A stretch of 64,000 bases of DNA, from the NCBI GenBank assembly GCA_964471795.1, contig CAYYHM010000002.1, positions 13,743-77,742 on the forward strand. The letters run 5' to 3'. This document shows positions 19,803-31,663 of the stretch, one piece after another. Below the pieces are notes generated by a model that saw nothing but the letters and a program-made list of their open reading frames with translations, did no database searches and had not been told where the DNA came from. The DNA comes from an uncultured Chitinophagales bacterium (lineage in GTDB: Bacteria; Bacteroidota; Bacteroidia; Chitinophagales; S012-47). The position numbers were made by a program, and so were the translations under genes. Position 1 is the first letter of the stretch; every line of letters starts with the position of its first letter.

Positions 19803-20798
19803 TTATTCCTGCTCCAACTTGAACTTGCCCAAATCCATACCGAAGGAAAGGCCCTTTTCAGTGATCAGGTTTTCGATTTCCACCAGTGACTTACGACCGA
19901 AGTTCCTGAACTTCAGCAGCTCGTTCGTATCGTAGTGTACCAGTTCCGCAAGGTTGTTGATCTTGGCAGCCTTCAGACAGTTGTAGGCACGTACCGACAA
20001 ATCCAGATCCTCCAGTGGAGTCTTAAGGATTTTGCGCATGTGGAGGATTTCCTCATCTACCACATCGTCCTCGCGGTGACCGGGAGCATCAAATGTGATG
20101 TGCTCGTCGGAGATCAACATCAGGTGTTGAATCAAAATCTTGGCAGCTTCCTTGATAGCATCTTCCGGATGGATGGTTCCGTCAGTCTTGATCTCGATGA
20201 TCAACTTTTCGAAGTCCGTCTTTTGTTCCACACGGGTGTTCTCCACGGAGTACTTCACATTCTTGATGGGTGTGAAGATAGAATCCACCGGAATGAAACC
20301 GATTGATCCTTCACGGGGTGCATTCTCCTCGGCGGGCACATAACCTCTACCCTTGCCGATGGTGAGCTCCATTTCCAGATTCACAAAAGACTCCATGTTG
20401 CAGATAACCAACTCAGGATTGGTGATCTGGAACATGTTGGTATGTTTCTCGATATCTCCGGCAGTTACAACCTCCTGATCCTTAACGGCAAAGAAGATTT
20501 TCTCTGTTGTGCTATCGTCATCAATCAACTTCTTGAAACGTACCTGCTTCAGGTTGAGGATGATTTCAGTTACGTCCTGAATTACTCCTTTGATCGTACC
20601 AAATTCATGGTCAACGCCATTGATCTTTACACCGGTTATTGCATAGCCTTCAAGGGAAGACAGCAATACCCTGCGCAATGCGTTACCGATCGTTACGCCA
20701 AAACCAGGCTCCAGCGGTCTGAATTCGAATAGACCATCAAAGTCAGTAGCCTTCTGAAGAACGATCTTGTCCGGTTTTTGAAAAGCGAGCAACGACAT
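19803..20798 (-). CDS. rpoA: DNA-directed RNA polymerase subunit alpha
   Basis: Canonical RpoA N-terminal domain plus C-terminal domain ([10 protein letters not shown]...L..........NFG.KSL.EI). Confidence 0.97.
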   Translation of the reverse strand: MSLLAFQKPDKIVLQKATDFDGLFEFRPLEPGFGVTIGNALRRVLLSSLEGYAITGVKINGVDHEFGTIKGVIQDVTEIILNLKQVRFKKLIDDDSTTEKIFFAVKDQEVVTAGDIEKHTNMFQITNPELVICNMESFVNLEMELTIGKGRGYVPAEENAPREGSIGFIPVDSIFTPIKNVKYSVENTRVEQKTDFEKLIIEIKTDGTIHPEDAIKEAAKILIQHLMLISDEHITFDAPGHREDDVVDEEILHMRKILKTPLEDLDLSVRAYNCLKAAKINNLAELVHYDTNELLKFRNFGRKSLVEIENLITEKGLSFGMDLGKFKLEQE

Positions 20799-20822
20799 GT
20801 ATCGGTAGTTTTAAGTGAAGGA

Positions 20823-21428
20823 TTACTTGGAGTACAATTCGACAATCAATGTCTGGTTGATGTTTTCCGGTATCAATTCACGCTCCGGAACTTCAAGGAA
20901 CTTACCCTGCATGGCAGCGGCATCCCACATCAGCCAATTGTACTTATCATGTTTTGTACCCAAGGAGTGCTGTACAGCTTCGAGACCTTTGGACTTCTCC
21001 CGCAAGCTGATCACATCACCAGGTCTGATGGTGTAAGAAGGTATGTTTACCACACTACCGTTAACGGTGATGTGCTTGTGCGATACCAACTGACGAGCAG
21101 CACGACGAGAGGAAGCGATACCCAGACGGTATACCACGTTGTCCAGACGAGCTTCTAGCAACTGCATCAAGATGTCCCCTGTGTTACCGGTGCGGCGTGA
21201 GGCCTCCTTGAACAGATTGCGGAACTGTCTTTCCAACAATCCATAAGTATACTTGGCTTTCTGCTTCTCTTTCAGCTGAATAGCATATTCGCTCTGAGAC
21301 TTACGACGCTTGGACGGGCCATGTTGACCGGGAGGATAATTCCGCTTCTCAAAAGCCTTGTCGTAGCCGTAGATGGCTTCGCCAAATGTTCTGGCTTTCT
21401 TTGTTTGCGGTCCTGTATATCTTGCCAT
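20823..21428 (-). CDS. rpsD: 30S ribosomal protein S4
   Basis: [13 protein letters not shown]... and S4 domain [10 protein letters not shown]. Confidence 0.97.
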   Translation of the reverse strand: MARYTGPQTKKARTFGEAIYGYDKAFEKRNYPPGQHGPSKRRKSQSEYAIQLKEKQKAKYTYGLLERQFRNLFKEASRRTGNTGDILMQLLEARLDNVVYRLGIASSRRAARQLVSHKHITVNGSVVNIPSYTIRPGDVISLREKSKGLEAVQHSLGTKHDKYNWLMWDAAAMQGKFLEVPERELIPENINQTLIVELYSK

Positions 21429-21452
21429 GATTAGCTATTTCTATTGATTGAA

Positions 21453-21851
21453 TTATACTCTTCTCTTCTTGGGAGGACGACATCCGTTGTGTGGTATTGG
21501 TGTCATGTCATTGATGGTTGACACTTCAATACCGGCGTTTGAGATGGCACGGATAGCTGACTCGCGTCCGCTGCCTGGCCCTTTCACAAACACCTCAACC
21601 TTGCGCAGACCGGCATCATAGGCTACCTGAGCAGCATCGCCGGCAGCCATTTGAGCCGCATAGGGTGTATTCTTCTTAGAACCGCGGAATCCGGCTTTAC
21701 CGGCTGATCCCCAGCTGATAACATCTCCATTCATGTTGGTGATAGAGATGATGATATTGTTGAAAGAAGCCTGAATGTGCACATGACCTTCGGGGGTCAC
21801 CTTTACATTCCTTTTCTTAGCTGTCTTTTTTCCTCCTTTCGCAGTTGACAT
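21453..21851 (-). CDS. rpsK: 30S ribosomal protein S11
   Basis: [15 protein letters not shown]...GFRGSKK.TPYAAQ. Confidence 0.97.
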   Translation of the reverse strand: MSTAKGGKKTAKKRNVKVTPEGHVHIQASFNNIIISITNMNGDVISWGSAGKAGFRGSKKNTPYAAQMAAGDAAQVAYDAGLRKVEVFVKGPGSGRESAIRAISNAGIEVSTINDMTPIPHNGCRPPKKRRV

Positions 21852-21878
21852 GGCTTACCGTTGATTGTCAGTTAACTA

Positions 21879-22256
21879 TTATTTGGTGACCTTCTTCTTA
21901 CCTGCTACAGTCTTACGCTTACCTTTTCTGGTACGTGCGTTGGTACGCGTGCGCTGACCCCTTACAGGAAGACCTTTCCGATGGCGAACACCTCGTAAGC
22001 AACCGATATCCATCAGTCGCTTGATATTCAGTTGTATCTCCGAACGCAGAGCACCCTCAACGGTGAGCTCACCGTTGATGATAGCACGGATGTTCGTGAT
22101 ATCTTCTTCGTTCCAATCCTCTACTTTCTTGTTGTGATCCACACCAGATTTGTCCAGTATGTAGCCTGCTGTAGTGCGGCCAATACCATAGATGTAAGTC
22201 AAGCCGATTATACCGCGCTTGTTTCTGGGTAGATCTATACCTGCTATCCTTGCCAT
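21879..22256 (-). CDS. rpsM: 30S ribosomal protein S13
   Basis: [14 protein letters not shown]...GLTYIYGIG. Confidence 0.97.
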   Translation of the reverse strand: MARIAGIDLPRNKRGIIGLTYIYGIGRTTAGYILDKSGVDHNKKVEDWNEEDITNIRAIINGELTVEGALRSEIQLNIKRLMDIGCLRGVRHRKGLPVRGQRTRTNARTRKGKRKTVAGKKKVTK

Positions 22257-22262
22257 AAGAGA

Positions 22263-22379
22263 TTATCCTTGACGTTGTTTGAATTTCGGATTCTTCTTGT
22301 TGATTACGTAGATGCGTCCCTTCCGCTTCACAATGATGCAGTCTGCACTACGCTTCTTAACCGATGCACGTACTTTCAT
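22263..22379 (-). CDS. rpmJ: 50S ribosomal protein L36 (Cys-poor form)
   Basis: Hand translation gives [38 protein letters not shown] (38 aa). Too short for the ORF track. Has one Cys, so it lacks the Zn-ribbon CxxC...C..H pattern. Confidence 0.92.
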   Translation of the reverse strand: MKVRASVKKRSADCIIVKRKGRIYVINKKNPKFKQRQG

Positions 22380-22391
22380 GATGGTAGTACT

Positions 22392-22610
22392 TTATTTGTA
22401 TCTATAGGTTATTCGTCCTCTTGACAAATCGTAGGGTGACATTTCGACGGCAACTCTGTCGCCCGGTAATATTCGGATATAATTCATCCGCATCTTTCCC
22501 GAAATGTGTGCTACAATCTCATGTCCATTCTCCAGCTGCACGCGAAACATAGCATTGGACAATGCCTCTACTATCGTTCCATCTTGCTTGATCACGTCTT
22601 GTTTCGACAT
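22392..22610 (-). CDS. infA: Translation initiation factor IF-1
   Basis: [53 protein letters not shown] is canonical IF-1. Confidence 0.97.
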   Translation of the reverse strand: MSKQDVIKQDGTIVEALSNAMFRVQLENGHEIVAHISGKMRMNYIRILPGDRVAVEMSPYDLSRGRITYRYK

Positions 22611-22700
22611 GCGTCTGGTTTTATTGTTAACCCCTTTTCAAACGGGCTTGCAAATATCTCACTTTTTTCTGTAAAAACCTGAATACCAGGATACAGAAAT

Positions 22701-24041
22701 TTATATACTTTGAACGCCTGCCGCTGACCGTCCTTTGATTCGTCCGCTCTTCATCAGACCGTCATAGTGACGCATCAACAAGTGGCTTTCAATTTGCTGC
22801 AAGGTGTCAAGTACAACACCTACCATGATGAGCAAAGAAGTGCCACCGTAGAACAGTGCGAACTGCTGGCTTACGCCAAAGGCGATCGCAAACGTAGGCA
22901 GTATGGCAACCAATCCCAGGAATATAGATCCCGGCAAGGTTATCCTTGACATTACGTTATCGATGAACTCGGCAGTTTTCCTACCAGGCTTTACACCGGG
23001 AACAAAACCACCGTTGCGCTTCATATCATCGGCCATCTGTACCGGGTTCACCACCAGAGCGGTGTAGAAGTAGGTAAAGATCATCACCAACAGGAAGTAG
23101 GTAATGTTGTATCCAAATGAGGTGAAGTCATTGAATGTTTGTACAAAACCGGAATTGTCGAAGCCGATAAAGGTGCCAATCGTGCTAGGCAGGAACATAA
23201 GCGCCTGTGCAAAAATGATAGGCATAACACCTGCTGCATTCAACTTGAGTGGCAGATATTGGCGATGACCGCCTGTCTGCATCCGTCGCATCCCGGTGCC
23301 TACAATACGCTTTGCATACTGTACAGGTATCTTACGAACAGCTTGTACCAAAGCAATGGTGGCCATAACCACAATCACCAGGAATGCCAACTCAATTACC
23401 AGCTGTACCAATCCACCAGTGTCTGTAGTCCGCTGTGAAATTTCCTGCATCAGTGAACCAGGTAGATTGGCTACGATACCCACCATGATGAGCAGCGAAA
23501 TACCATTTCCTATACCCTGATCAGTTATCCTTTCACCCAACCACATTACGAATATGGTTCCTGTTGTCAGAATAATGATACTGGAGATCAGGAAAAGGGT
23601 AGGATTGATTTCTATGGCTCCCTGAAAAGTAGTCCGGAGATATACATTATAACCAATGGCCTGGAAAGCAGTAACTCCTACCGTTAAAATACGGGTGATC
23701 TGATTCACCTTGCGTCGGCCACTTTCTCCCTCTTTTTGCAGCTTCTGGAAATAGGGTACAGCGAAGCTCAGCAATTGCACGGCAATAGAAGCTGAGATAT
23801 ACGGCATGATACCCAAAGCAAAAATAGAGGCGCGGGCAAAGGCTCCTCCTGCAAAGATGTTAATCAGGTTCAGAATACCCCCGGGGCCTTCTGCATTTTC
23901 AAGTACTTCGGGATTGATACCGGGAAGAACGATGAAGGAACCTAAGCGGTACACGAGGATCAAACCAATCGTGTACAGTATCCGCTTACGGAGATCATCA
24001 ATCTTCCAGATATTCCTTAGGGTTTCAATCAGTCCTTTCAT
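22701..24041 (-). CDS. secY: Preprotein translocase subunit SecY
   Basis: 10-TM SecY sequence (GIMPYISASI, GERITD.GIGNGISL). Confidence 0.96.
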   Translation of the reverse strand: MKGLIETLRNIWKIDDLRKRILYTIGLILVYRLGSFIVLPGINPEVLENAEGPGGILNLINIFAGGAFARASIFALGIMPYISASIAVQLLSFAVPYFQKLQKEGESGRRKVNQITRILTVGVTAFQAIGYNVYLRTTFQGAIEINPTLFLISSIIILTTGTIFVMWLGERITDQGIGNGISLLIMVGIVANLPGSLMQEISQRTTDTGGLVQLVIELAFLVIVVMATIALVQAVRKIPVQYAKRIVGTGMRRMQTGGHRQYLPLKLNAAGVMPIIFAQALMFLPSTIGTFIGFDNSGFVQTFNDFTSFGYNITYFLLVMIFTYFYTALVVNPVQMADDMKRNGGFVPGVKPGRKTAEFIDNVMSRITLPGSIFLGLVAILPTFAIAFGVSQQFALFYGGTSLLIMVGVVLDTLQQIESHLLMRHYDGLMKSGRIKGRSAAGVQSI

Positions 24042-24047
24042 GTTCCT

Positions 24048-24494
24048 TTAGATCAGGGTTACAACACCACCTTTTTCTTCAATAGCTCCTTTAGCAGAAG
24101 CACTGATTGCATTGGCCTCTACAGTCAACTTGCCGGTAAGTTCACCACGACCCAACACTTTTACCACATCAGTCTTGGAGATGTAGCGATTGGTTCGCAG
24201 GAAGTCGAGCGTGATCTCAGATACCTGCCACTTGTCGGCAATTGCTTGCAGGTTGCTCAGGTTGAGCACCTTGTATTCTACGCGATTCACGTTCTTGAAA
24301 CCACGCTTAGGCACACGGCGCTGTAGTGGCATCTGACCACCTTCAAAGCCTGCCTTAGCGGAATAGCCACTGCGTGACTGTGCTCCTTTGTGACCACGAC
24401 CGGAAGTGCCACCACCACCGGAACCTTGACCACGACCCAGACGCTTGTTGTTCTTTACAGAACCTTCAGCTGGTTGTAAGTTGCTAAGACTCAT
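24048..24494 (-). CDS. rplO: 50S ribosomal protein L15
   Basis: LSNLQPAEGS...RLGRGQGSG.GGTSGRGHKG. Confidence 0.96.
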   Translation of the reverse strand: MSLSNLQPAEGSVKNNKRLGRGQGSGGGGTSGRGHKGAQSRSGYSAKAGFEGGQMPLQRRVPKRGFKNVNRVEYKVLNLSNLQAIADKWQVSEITLDFLRTNRYISKTDVVKVLGRGELTGKLTVEANAISASAKGAIEEKGGVVTLI

Positions 24495-24497
24495 GAT

Positions 24498-24677
24498 TTA
24501 TGCTTCTTCAATGGTTAGTAAATGTTTCACTTTGCCTACCATACCCAGAATCTGAGGTGTGGCATCATGCTCTATTGTCTGGTGCAATTTGGAAAAACCC
24601 AGAGCCTTCAGGGTATCCTTCTGGCGCTTGTTCCTGTCAATTGCACTTTTTACTTGTGTAATCCTGATCTTAGCCAT
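24498..24677 (-). CDS. rpmD: 50S ribosomal protein L30
   Basis: Hand translation gives MAKIRITQVKSAIDRNKRQKDTLKALGFSKLHQTIEHDATPQILGMVGKVKHLLTIEEA* (59 aa, just under the ORF-track cut-off). It fills the gap between rpsE and rplO. Confidence 0.92.
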   Translation of the reverse strand: MAKIRITQVKSAIDRNKRQKDTLKALGFSKLHQTIEHDATPQILGMVGKVKHLLTIEEA

Positions 24678-24687
24678 GATGCTATGA

Positions 24688-25206
24688 TTATCCGTTGAAC
24701 ACTTTATTCATTTCTATGGAACGCTGCTGTGCGATCGTCATTGGGTCACGCAGTTGCAACAAGCCATCTATTGTAGCTTTGATTACGTTAGCCGCATTGG
24801 AAGTTCCCAACGACTTGGCCAACACGTCATGCACACCGGCAGACTCCAGTACGGCACGCATTGCACCACCGGCAATTACACCCGTACCTGCTGAGGCTGG
24901 CTTGATGATTACCTTGCCTGCTCCGAATTTGCCATGCACTGGGTGTGGGATGGTTCCTTTGTAGATTGGCACCTTAATCAGGTTCTTCTTGGCATCATCC
25001 ACAGCCTTGCTGATGGCTTCAGTTACTTCACGGGCTTTACCCAGACCGTGACCTACAATGCCGTTTCCATCGCCTACTACTACTGTAGCAGAGAATGTAA
25101 ACGTTCTACCACCTTTGGTCACCTTGGTAACCCGGCGAACATCAACCACTTTTTCTTTCAGATCGAGTTCGCTGGCTTTTACCCGCTGTATGTTTGCACT
25201 AGACAT
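24688..25206 (-). CDS. rpsE: 30S ribosomal protein S5
   Basis: [31 protein letters not shown]. Confidence 0.97.
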   Translation of the reverse strand: MSSANIQRVKASELDLKEKVVDVRRVTKVTKGGRTFTFSATVVVGDGNGIVGHGLGKAREVTEAISKAVDDAKKNLIKVPIYKGTIPHPVHGKFGAGKVIIKPASAGTGVIAGGAMRAVLESAGVHDVLAKSLGTSNAANVIKATIDGLLQLRDPMTIAQQRSIEMNKVFNG

Positions 25207-25221
25207 ATCGTATCGTATTTA

Positions 25222-25587
25222 TTAGAATGATAGACCTCCTTCACGGGCGCCTTCGGCAATTGCCTTTACCCGGCCATGGTAGAGATAACCTCCGCGGTCG
25301 AATACAATGGAACTGATACCCAAGCCTTTGGCCAGTTGGGCAATCTTGCTGCCAACGGCTTTCGACTTTTCTACTTTCGTACCGGTTACAGAAGCCATGT
25401 CCTTATCACGTGATGAAGCAGCAGCCAGGGTGTGACCCTGCTCGTCGTCGATGAGTTGTACATAGATCTCCATGTTGCTGCGGTATACAGACAAACGGGG
25501 ACGCTCAGCTGTACCAGACACCTTTTTACGGATGCTTCTGCGAATGCGGAGTCTTCTGAGTTCTTTACGCTTCGTATTGGTTGCCAT
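25222..25587 (-). CDS. rplR: 50S ribosomal protein L18
   Basis: [18 protein letters not shown]...VFDRGGY.YHGRVKA.A.GAREGGL.F. Confidence 0.96.
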   Translation of the reverse strand: MATNTKRKELRRLRIRRSIRKKVSGTAERPRLSVYRSNMEIYVQLIDDEQGHTLAAASSRDKDMASVTGTKVEKSKAVGSKIAQLAKGLGISSIVFDRGGYLYHGRVKAIAEGAREGGLSF

Positions 25588-25595
25588 CTTACCTG

Positions 25596-26147
25596 TTATT
25601 TAGAGGCCGTTTTACCGGCTTTTCTTCTAATTACTTCATCTGAATAGCGGATACCCTTACCCTTGTATGGCTCAGGCTTCCTGATAGAACGGATTTTAGC
25701 GGCTACCTGTCCTAACAACTGCTTGTTGTTGGATTGCAGGGTGATTACCGGATCCTGTCCTTTCAGCTGCTCGGCAGATACCTTGATTTCAGGCGGCAAG
25801 CCAAGCATTACCGGGTGTGAATAGCCCACAGCCAGTTCCAGTATCTGTCCGGTAGCTGTAGCCCTGTATCCCACACCGGACATGATGAGTTTCTTCTCGA
25901 AACCTTTGGATACGCCTTCTACCAGGTTGTTCAACAAAGCGCGGTACAGACCATGAAGTGCCTTGTGGCGCTTCTGTTCTGTAGGACGCTCTACCAAAAG
26001 CTGGCCATCTTCCACCTTTACGGTGATATCTTTGTCGACCTGCTGTGACAGTTGACCTTGTGGACCCTTTACGGTTACCAATGTACCTTCAACCGTAACG
26101 GTTACGCCTGATGGAATGGTAATGGGTTGTTTTCCTACTCGTGACAT
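25596..26147 (-). CDS. rplF: 50S ribosomal protein L6
   Basis: [19 protein letters not shown]...GVGYRA. Confidence 0.97.
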   Translation of the reverse strand: MSRVGKQPITIPSGVTVTVEGTLVTVKGPQGQLSQQVDKDITVKVEDGQLLVERPTEQKRHKALHGLYRALLNNLVEGVSKGFEKKLIMSGVGYRATATGQILELAVGYSHPVMLGLPPEIKVSAEQLKGQDPVITLQSNNKQLLGQVAAKIRSIRKPEPYKGKGIRYSDEVIRRKAGKTASK

Positions 26148-26172
26148 GGTTGTGTCTTTTCCTTTCTGTCAA

Positions 26173-26574
26173 TTAGTATATGTAGCAAAGCACTTCGCCG
26201 CCTACTTTCTTGGCACGGGCATCTTTATCCGTCATCACACCTTGGTTGGTAGATACGATAGCGAGGCCGAGGCCATTGATTACGCGTGGCAGTTCATCCA
26301 CACCTACATACTTACGCAGACCCGGACGGCTTACACGCTGCATCTCTTTGATTACAGGCTGGCTGGTAGCCGGGTCATACTTCAGCGCGATGCGGATAAC
26401 ACCTTGCTTGTTGTCTGAATCTTCAAATTTGTAGCGAAGGATATACCCGTTTGCATACAGGATTTCTGTAATCCGCTTCTTGAGATTTGAAGCTGGGATA
26501 TCCACTACCTTGTGACCGGCCTGCTGTGCATTCCGGATTCGGGTCAGGTAATCGCCTATAACATCTGTCACCAT
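26173..26574 (-). CDS. rpsH: 30S ribosomal protein S8
   Basis: DVIGDYLTRIRNAQQA...GGEVLCYIY. Confidence 0.97.
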   Translation of the reverse strand: MVTDVIGDYLTRIRNAQQAGHKVVDIPASNLKKRITEILYANGYILRYKFEDSDNKQGVIRIALKYDPATSQPVIKEMQRVSRPGLRKYVGVDELPRVINGLGLAIVSTNQGVMTDKDARAKKVGGEVLCYIY

Positions 26575-26593
26575 GACTTCTCTTGTTTCTGTG

Positions 26594-26863
26594 TTACCAA
26601 CTTGCTTTTGTTACGCCGGGAATCATGCCGTTTGCAGCCAGATCCCTGAACTTAACCCTGGAGATACCGAAGAATCGCATGTAACCTCTCGGGCGACCGG
26701 TGAGACTGCAACGGTTGCGCAGACGTACAGCTGAAGAGTTGCGTGGCAACTTATCCAAGGCAGAAAAATCTCCCTCTTCCTTCAGTGCTTTTCTTCTTTC
26801 AGCATACTTGGCTACCAAGGCTTCACGCTTGCGCTGTCTTGCTTTTACTGATTCTTTAGACAT
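26594..26863 (-). CDS. rpsN: 30S ribosomal protein S14 (long, Cys-poor form)
   Basis: [34 protein letters not shown]. Confidence 0.96.
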   Translation of the reverse strand: MSKESVKARQRKREALVAKYAERRKALKEEGDFSALDKLPRNSSAVRLRNRCSLTGRPRGYMRFFGISRVKFRDLAANGMIPGVTKASW

Positions 26864-26879
26864 GCTTGTTCCGTTTTAT

Positions 26880-27428
26880 TTATTTCTTGAACGGTATTCC
26901 TAATAATCGTAACAATTCGTAAGCTTCCTCATCCTTGTCGGTGTTGGTCACAAAGGTGATATCCATACCGTTGATACGGGAAGTCTTTTCAATATCTATC
27001 TCCGGGAAGATGATCTGCTCCGTGATACCCATTGTGTAGTTACCACGGCCATCCAACTTCTTGTTAACGCCACGGAAGTCACGTACCCTTGGTAAGGCTA
27101 CGGTCACCAGACGCTCCAGGAATTCATACATCCTATCGTTGCGCAAGGTTACCCGAGCGCCGATCGGCATGCCTTCACGGAGTTTGAAGTTAGAGATAGA
27201 CAAACGAGCCTGAGTCAATACAGCCTTCTGACCGGAAATCATGGTCAGCTCCTCTGCTGCCTCAGTGGCGATCTTTTTGTCTTGTGTAGCAGCACCAACA
27301 CCCCGGTTGATGATGATTTTTTCCAAACGAGGCACCTGCATGATGGATTTGAACTGGAATTGCTCCATCAGCTGAGGTACTATCTCCTCGCGATACTTGG
27401 TCTTTAGTGCGGGTACGTAGTTCATCAC
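26880..27428 (-). CDS. rplE: 50S ribosomal protein L5
   Basis: [13 protein letters not shown]...[16 protein letters not shown]. Confidence 0.97.
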   Translation of the reverse strand: MMNYVPALKTKYREEIVPQLMEQFQFKSIMQVPRLEKIIINRGVGAATQDKKIATEAAEELTMISGQKAVLTQARLSISNFKLREGMPIGARVTLRNDRMYEFLERLVTVALPRVRDFRGVNKKLDGRGNYTMGITEQIIFPEIDIEKTSRINGMDITFVTNTDKDEEAYELLRLLGIPFKK

Positions 27429-27763
27429 TTGATCTCCTCCCCAGATTTTTTAGCGTAACGAACCAGTTTTCCATCTACAACCTTACGACCCACGCGGGTG
27501 GCCTGATTGCCTTTGGTGTCTACCAGCATCAGGTTGCTGATGTGAACAGGTCCCTCTTTTTTCTCAATGGTTCCATTCGGGTAAGTAGCGTTGGGCTTTA
27601 CGTGCTTGGACTGTATGTTCACACCTTCCACAATAGCACGCTGCTTGGCAGGATCCACAAACAATACCTTGCCTTGCTTACCACGACTCTCGCCGGCGAT
27701 TACCTTCACGATATCCCCTTTGCGAATCTTCAGTTTTACGGTCTTGTTGACTTGCTTATTCAT
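27425..27763 (-). CDS. rplX: 50S ribosomal protein L24
   Basis: [23 protein letters not shown] (KOW motif). Confidence 0.96.
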   Translation of the reverse strand: MNKQVNKTVKLKIRKGDIVKVIAGESRGKQGKVLFVDPAKQRAIVEGVNIQSKHVKPNATYPNGTIEKKEGPVHISNLMLVDTKGNQATRVGRKVVDGKLVRYAKKSGEEIK

Positions 27764-27765
27764 GA

Positions 27766-28131
27766 TTACAATACCTCTGGAGCCAATGAAACAATCTTCA
27801 TATAATCCTTTTCACGCAGCTCACGTGCTACAGGCCCGAAAATACGGGTACCACGAGGCTCATCCTGGTTGTTCAGCAACACTACTGCGTTATCATCAAA
27901 GCGGATATATGATCCATCTTTTCTGCGGAATTCTTTCTTTACCCGCACCACGACAGCCTTGGATACGGATCCTTTCTTTACCTGGCCGGTAGGAATGGCG
28001 TCTTTCACGCTCACCACTATCTTATCGCCGATGGTGGCTACCGTCTTGCGGCCACCGAGAACACGGATGCAAAGCACTTCCTTTGCTCCACTGTTGTCTG
28101 CCACGGATAATCTTGACTCTTGCTGTATCAT
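27766..28131 (-). CDS. rplN: 50S ribosomal protein L14
   Basis: [27 protein letters not shown]. Confidence 0.98.
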   Translation of the reverse strand: MIQQESRLSVADNSGAKEVLCIRVLGGRKTVATIGDKIVVSVKDAIPTGQVKKGSVSKAVVVRVKKEFRRKDGSYIRFDDNAVVLLNNQDEPRGTRIFGPVARELREKDYMKIVSLAPEVL

Positions 28132-28171
28132 TACTCTTCCTTGATGCGGTTAATCAATCAATGGCATCTGA

Positions 28172-28429
28172 TTACTTGGCTTTTTCGATGATCTCCACCA
28201 ATCGCCAGGTCTTGTTCTTGCTGAGCGGACGCGTTTCCATGATGCGAACCAAGTCCCCTTCATTGCACTGATTCTGCTCATCATGTGCCAGGAATTTCTT
28301 GGATTTCTTCAAGAACTTACCATAAATCGGGTGCTTAATTCTACGCTCTACCAGTACGGAGATGGTTTTGTCCATCTTGTTACTGGCTACAATGCCGACT
28401 TTGGTTTTACGTAACTTCCTTGTTTCCAT
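28172..28429 (-). CDS. rpsQ: 30S ribosomal protein S17
   Basis: [27 protein letters not shown]...AHDE.N. Confidence 0.96.
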   Translation of the reverse strand: METRKLRKTKVGIVASNKMDKTISVLVERRIKHPIYGKFLKKSKKFLAHDEQNQCNEGDLVRIMETRPLSKNKTWRLVEIIEKAK

Positions 28430-28430
28430 C

Positions 28431-28643
28431 TTACGCGTTGTTTTCAGCTTTCTGCCTGTTTGTCAACTCAGTGTTCAGACGCGCAATGTCTTTGCGCATC
28501 CAGCGCAGCTCCAGCGGGTTCTCCAATGGAGTTACCGCATGTGCGAACTGCTTTTTCTTGTATTGCGTCTTTACCTCATTGAGCTTCTCCTTCAATTCGG
28601 GAGTGCTCAATTCACGGATGTCTGCGTTATTCAGCTTAGCCAT
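28431..28643 (-). CDS. rpmC: 50S ribosomal protein L29
   Basis: [15 protein letters not shown]....K.....PLENP..LR..RKDIARL.T. Confidence 0.94.
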   Translation of the reverse strand: MAKLNNADIRELSTPELKEKLNEVKTQYKKKQFAHAVTPLENPLELRWMRKDIARLNTELTNRQKAENNA

Positions 28644-28662
28644 AGTGCTCGCTCTTTATTTG

Positions 28663-29082
28663 TTATTCAGCGTAGTCCCTGCGAACTACGAATTTTACTT
28701 TAATAGGCAACTTCTGTCCGGCCAAACGCAAAGCTTCTTCAGCCACCTCCATAGGTACACCTTCCGCTTCGAACATGATGGTTCCTGGTTTTACCGGTGC
28801 TACCCAGTGGTCGAGAGCACCCTTACCTTTACCCATCCGCACTTCAGCAGGCTTGCTGGTTACCGGCTTATCCGGGAAGATGCGGATCCATACCTTACCT
28901 TCCCTCTTCATGTAACGGGTAAGGGCAATACGAGCCGCCTCAATCTGGCGATCCGTAATCCATCCCATTTCCATAGCTTTCAAGCCAAAGGAACCAAAGG
29001 CAATCTCATGACCACGTCCGGCGATACCGGTGGTTCTTCCTTTCTGCTGCCTTCTCCATTTTACGCGTTTCGGCTGTAACAT
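28663..29082 (-). CDS. rplP: 50S ribosomal protein L16
   Basis: [16 protein letters not shown]...FGSFGLKA. Confidence 0.97.
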   Translation of the reverse strand: MLQPKRVKWRRQQKGRTTGIAGRGHEIAFGSFGLKAMEMGWITDRQIEAARIALTRYMKREGKVWIRIFPDKPVTSKPAEVRMGKGKGALDHWVAPVKPGTIMFEAEGVPMEVAEEALRLAGQKLPIKVKFVVRRDYAE

Positions 29083-29112
29083 CGTTCCTGGTTTAAATCG
29101 TTTTGTATTCGT

Positions 29113-29832
29113 TTATCGATTGGAAAACTTCTTACGGCCACCACCTTGTCCGCCTTTGCGGGCTACAGGCTTCTTCACTTCCACCTGTGGTGACAAATCA
29201 CGCTTTCCAAATACTTCTCCCTTGCAAATCCAAACTTTCACGCCAATCAGGCCATACACGGTAGAAGCTTCTTTCAATGCATAGTCGATATCGGCACGGA
29301 AGGTGTGCAAAGGAGTACGACCTTCCTTATATTCTTCAGAGCGGGACATATCACTACCGTTCAGACGACCGGAGATACGTACCTTGATACCCTCAGCACC
29401 CATGCGCATGGTAGAGGCGATTGCCATCTTGATGGCACGGCGATAATTGATACGGGCCTCGATCTGCTTGGCAATGGTTTCACCCACAATGTTGGCATCC
29501 AATTCTGGACGACGGATCTCAGAAATGTTGATCTGCACTTCCTTGTCGGTCAGTTTCTTCAACTCTTCCTTCAGGCGATCTACTTCCTGACCACCCTTAC
29601 CGATGATGATACCGGGACGGCTGGTGTGGATGGTTACCGTAATACGGTTGAGCGTGCGCTCGATTACGATTTTGGCAATGCCTCCCTTGGAGAAGCGGGC
29701 ATTCAGGTAATCGCGCAACTTCTGATCTTCTACGAGTTTCTCGGAGAAGTTTTTCTTGTCACCATACCAGTTGGAATCCCATCCTCTGACGATGCCGAGA
29801 CGATTGCTGATCGGGTTTGCTTTCTGTCCCAT
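29113..29832 (-). CDS. rpsC: 30S ribosomal protein S3
   Basis: [22 protein letters not shown] domain, GRLNG..M.R.E. Confidence 0.97.
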   Translation of the reverse strand: MGQKANPISNRLGIVRGWDSNWYGDKKNFSEKLVEDQKLRDYLNARFSKGGIAKIVIERTLNRITVTIHTSRPGIIIGKGGQEVDRLKEELKKLTDKEVQINISEIRRPELDANIVGETIAKQIEARINYRRAIKMAIASTMRMGAEGIKVRISGRLNGSDMSRSEEYKEGRTPLHTFRADIDYALKEASTVYGLIGVKVWICKGEVFGKRDLSPQVEVKKPVARKGGQGGGRKKFSNR

Positions 29833-29837
29833 ATTGA

Positions 29838-30233
29838 TTATCCTTCGTTTTCTTGTGATGTGGAAGCAGCGTCATTGCTGAACTGAACAGGCAGCTGACT
29901 GTCTACCACTACGGTTACGTGACTCATGCGCTTACGGATGCGGTAGGCACGGCCGAAAGGCGCAGGGCGGAAGCGCTTCAGCATACCGGCACCATCTACG
30001 AATGCCTTCTTGATGTACAGATCGCTGTCTTCCGGACGCAATCCTTCATTCTTGTTGGCCCAGTTGCTGATGGCACTCTCTACCAGCTTCTCGATAGGAG
30101 AAGCCAACTTCTTGTCGTTGAAGCGAAGGATGGCCAATGCCTCGTCTACACGCTTGCCGCGGATCTGATCGATCACAAGGCGTGCCTTCCGGGGAGAGCC
30201 CTTAACACTTTTCAGTCTGGCTATAGCTTCCAT
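29838..30233 (-). CDS. rplV: 50S ribosomal protein L22
   Basis: [22 protein letters not shown]...K. Confidence 0.96.
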   Translation of the reverse strand: MEAIARLKSVKGSPRKARLVIDQIRGKRVDEALAILRFNDKKLASPIEKLVESAISNWANKNEGLRPEDSDLYIKKAFVDGAGMLKRFRPAPFGRAYRIRKRMSHVTVVVDSQLPVQFSNDAASTSQENEG

Positions 30234-30238
30234 GCTAC

Positions 30239-30505
30239 TTATTTTTTACCTGAGGTATGTCCTTTAAAATTGCGTGTTGGTGCAAATTCGCCCAACTTAT
30301 GCCCTACCATGTTCTCCGTTACGTACACAGGGATAAACTTGTTACCGTTGTGTACCGCCAGTGTGTGGCCTACGAAGTCCGGAGATATCATGGACCGGCG
30401 TGACCAGGTCTTGATAACGGTCTTCTTACCTGAGTCGTTCAGCTTATCGACTTTACGCTCCAGCTTGAAGTCGATATAGGGTCCTTTTTTCAGTGATCTA
30501 GACAT
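30239..30505 (-). CDS. rpsS: 30S ribosomal protein S19
   Basis: [15 protein letters not shown]...[19 protein letters not shown]. Confidence 0.97.
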   Translation of the reverse strand: MSRSLKKGPYIDFKLERKVDKLNDSGKKTVIKTWSRRSMISPDFVGHTLAVHNGNKFIPVYVTENMVGHKLGEFAPTRNFKGHTSGKK

Positions 30506-30512
30506 GGTTCAA

Positions 30513-31337
30513 TTATTTCTTCCTTCTGCTGATAATCAGTTTGCTGGATTGTTTCTTCTTGTTGCGTGTCTTGAGGCCTTTAGCATACAAACCTGTGCGT
30601 GACCGTGGGTGTCCACCGGAAGCACGACCTTCACCACCACCCATCGGGTGATCTACCGGGTTCATAGCCACACCTCTTGTACGAGGACGGCGTCCCAACC
30701 AACGCTTACGACCCGCTTTACCCAATACTTCCTGTGAGTGATCGCTGTTAGAAACAGTACCTACAGTAGCACGGCAGGTCAACAATACCATCCTGGTTTC
30801 GCCGGAAGGCAACTTGATGATACCATACTTGCCATCCTTGGCGGTAAGCTGAGCATAGGTACCGGCGCTACGTGCCAGTGCCGCACCCTTGCCGGGCTGC
30901 ATCTCTATGTTGTGAACCACAGTACCTACAGGAATCTCGCCGAGTGGCAGACAGTGGCCCAATTCCGGAGCAATACCCGAACCTGACTCAACTGTTTGAC
31001 CTACCTGCAAACCTTCAGGTGCAATGATGTAACGCTTCTCACCATCCGCATATACCAACAAAGCGATGTAAGCGGTACGGTTTGGATCGTATTCAATTGA
31101 CTCCACACGTGCCGGAACACCGTCCTTGGTACGCTTGAAATCAATGATACGATAGCGCTGCTTGTGACCACCACCGATATACCTGTTGGCCCTGCGACCT
31201 TGATTGTTCCTACCACCCGTCTTACTCAAAGGCGCTATCAGGCTCTTTTCGGGAGCCGATGCAGTAACCTCTGCAAAAGAGGGGGCCACTCTGAAACGAG
31301 TGCCTGGAGTAACCGGATTAAGTTTCTTAACTGGCAT
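30513..31337 (-). CDS. rplB: 50S ribosomal protein L2
   Basis: [14 protein letters not shown]...[14 protein letters not shown]...[13 protein letters not shown]. Confidence 0.98.
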   Translation of the reverse strand: MPVKKLNPVTPGTRFRVAPSFAEVTASAPEKSLIAPLSKTGGRNNQGRRANRYIGGGHKQRYRIIDFKRTKDGVPARVESIEYDPNRTAYIALLVYADGEKRYIIAPEGLQVGQTVESGSGIAPELGHCLPLGEIPVGTVVHNIEMQPGKGAALARSAGTYAQLTAKDGKYGIIKLPSGETRMVLLTCRATVGTVSNSDHSQEVLGKAGRKRWLGRRPRTRGVAMNPVDHPMGGGEGRASGGHPRSRTGLYAKGLKTRNKKKQSSKLIISRRKK

Positions 31338-31347
31338 CCTAGTTCAA

Positions 31348-31647
31348 TTAGATTTCACTATAAAAATCAATAGTCTCTCCCTCTGCCAGGGTAATGATAG
31401 CCTTCTTGTAAGCCGACTTACGTCCGCGCACCAACCCTTTCTTGGTGTAGCGCATGGTTGCCTTGGCAGGAATGATCATGGTACGCACATCGGTAACATG
31501 CACATTGTACATGGACTCGACAGCCTTCTTGATCTCGATCTTATTGGCGTTCTTCTCAACGATGAAACCGTACTGAGTCAACTTCTCGCTAACGCGGGTC
31601 ATCTTCTCTGTAATCAACGGTCTTACCAAAATATCTGTAGTCATCAC
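31348..31647 (-). CDS. rplW: 50S ribosomal protein L23
   Basis: PLITEK...YGFIV...ANK.EIKKAVE..Y.V.V..V.T. Confidence 0.95.
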   Translation of the reverse strand: MMTTDILVRPLITEKMTRVSEKLTQYGFIVEKNANKIEIKKAVESMYNVHVTDVRTMIIPAKATMRYTKKGLVRGRKSAYKKAIITLAEGETIDFYSEI

Positions 31648-31663
31648 GACAGCGTTTTGTTGG

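Noticed and set aside
28420-29079. 219-aa plus-strand ORF overlapping rpmC and rplP
   Set aside because: It lies antisense to two unmistakable ribosomal protein genes. Its translation is low-complexity (Phe/Ser/Leu-rich) with no recognisable family, so it is a shadow ORF.
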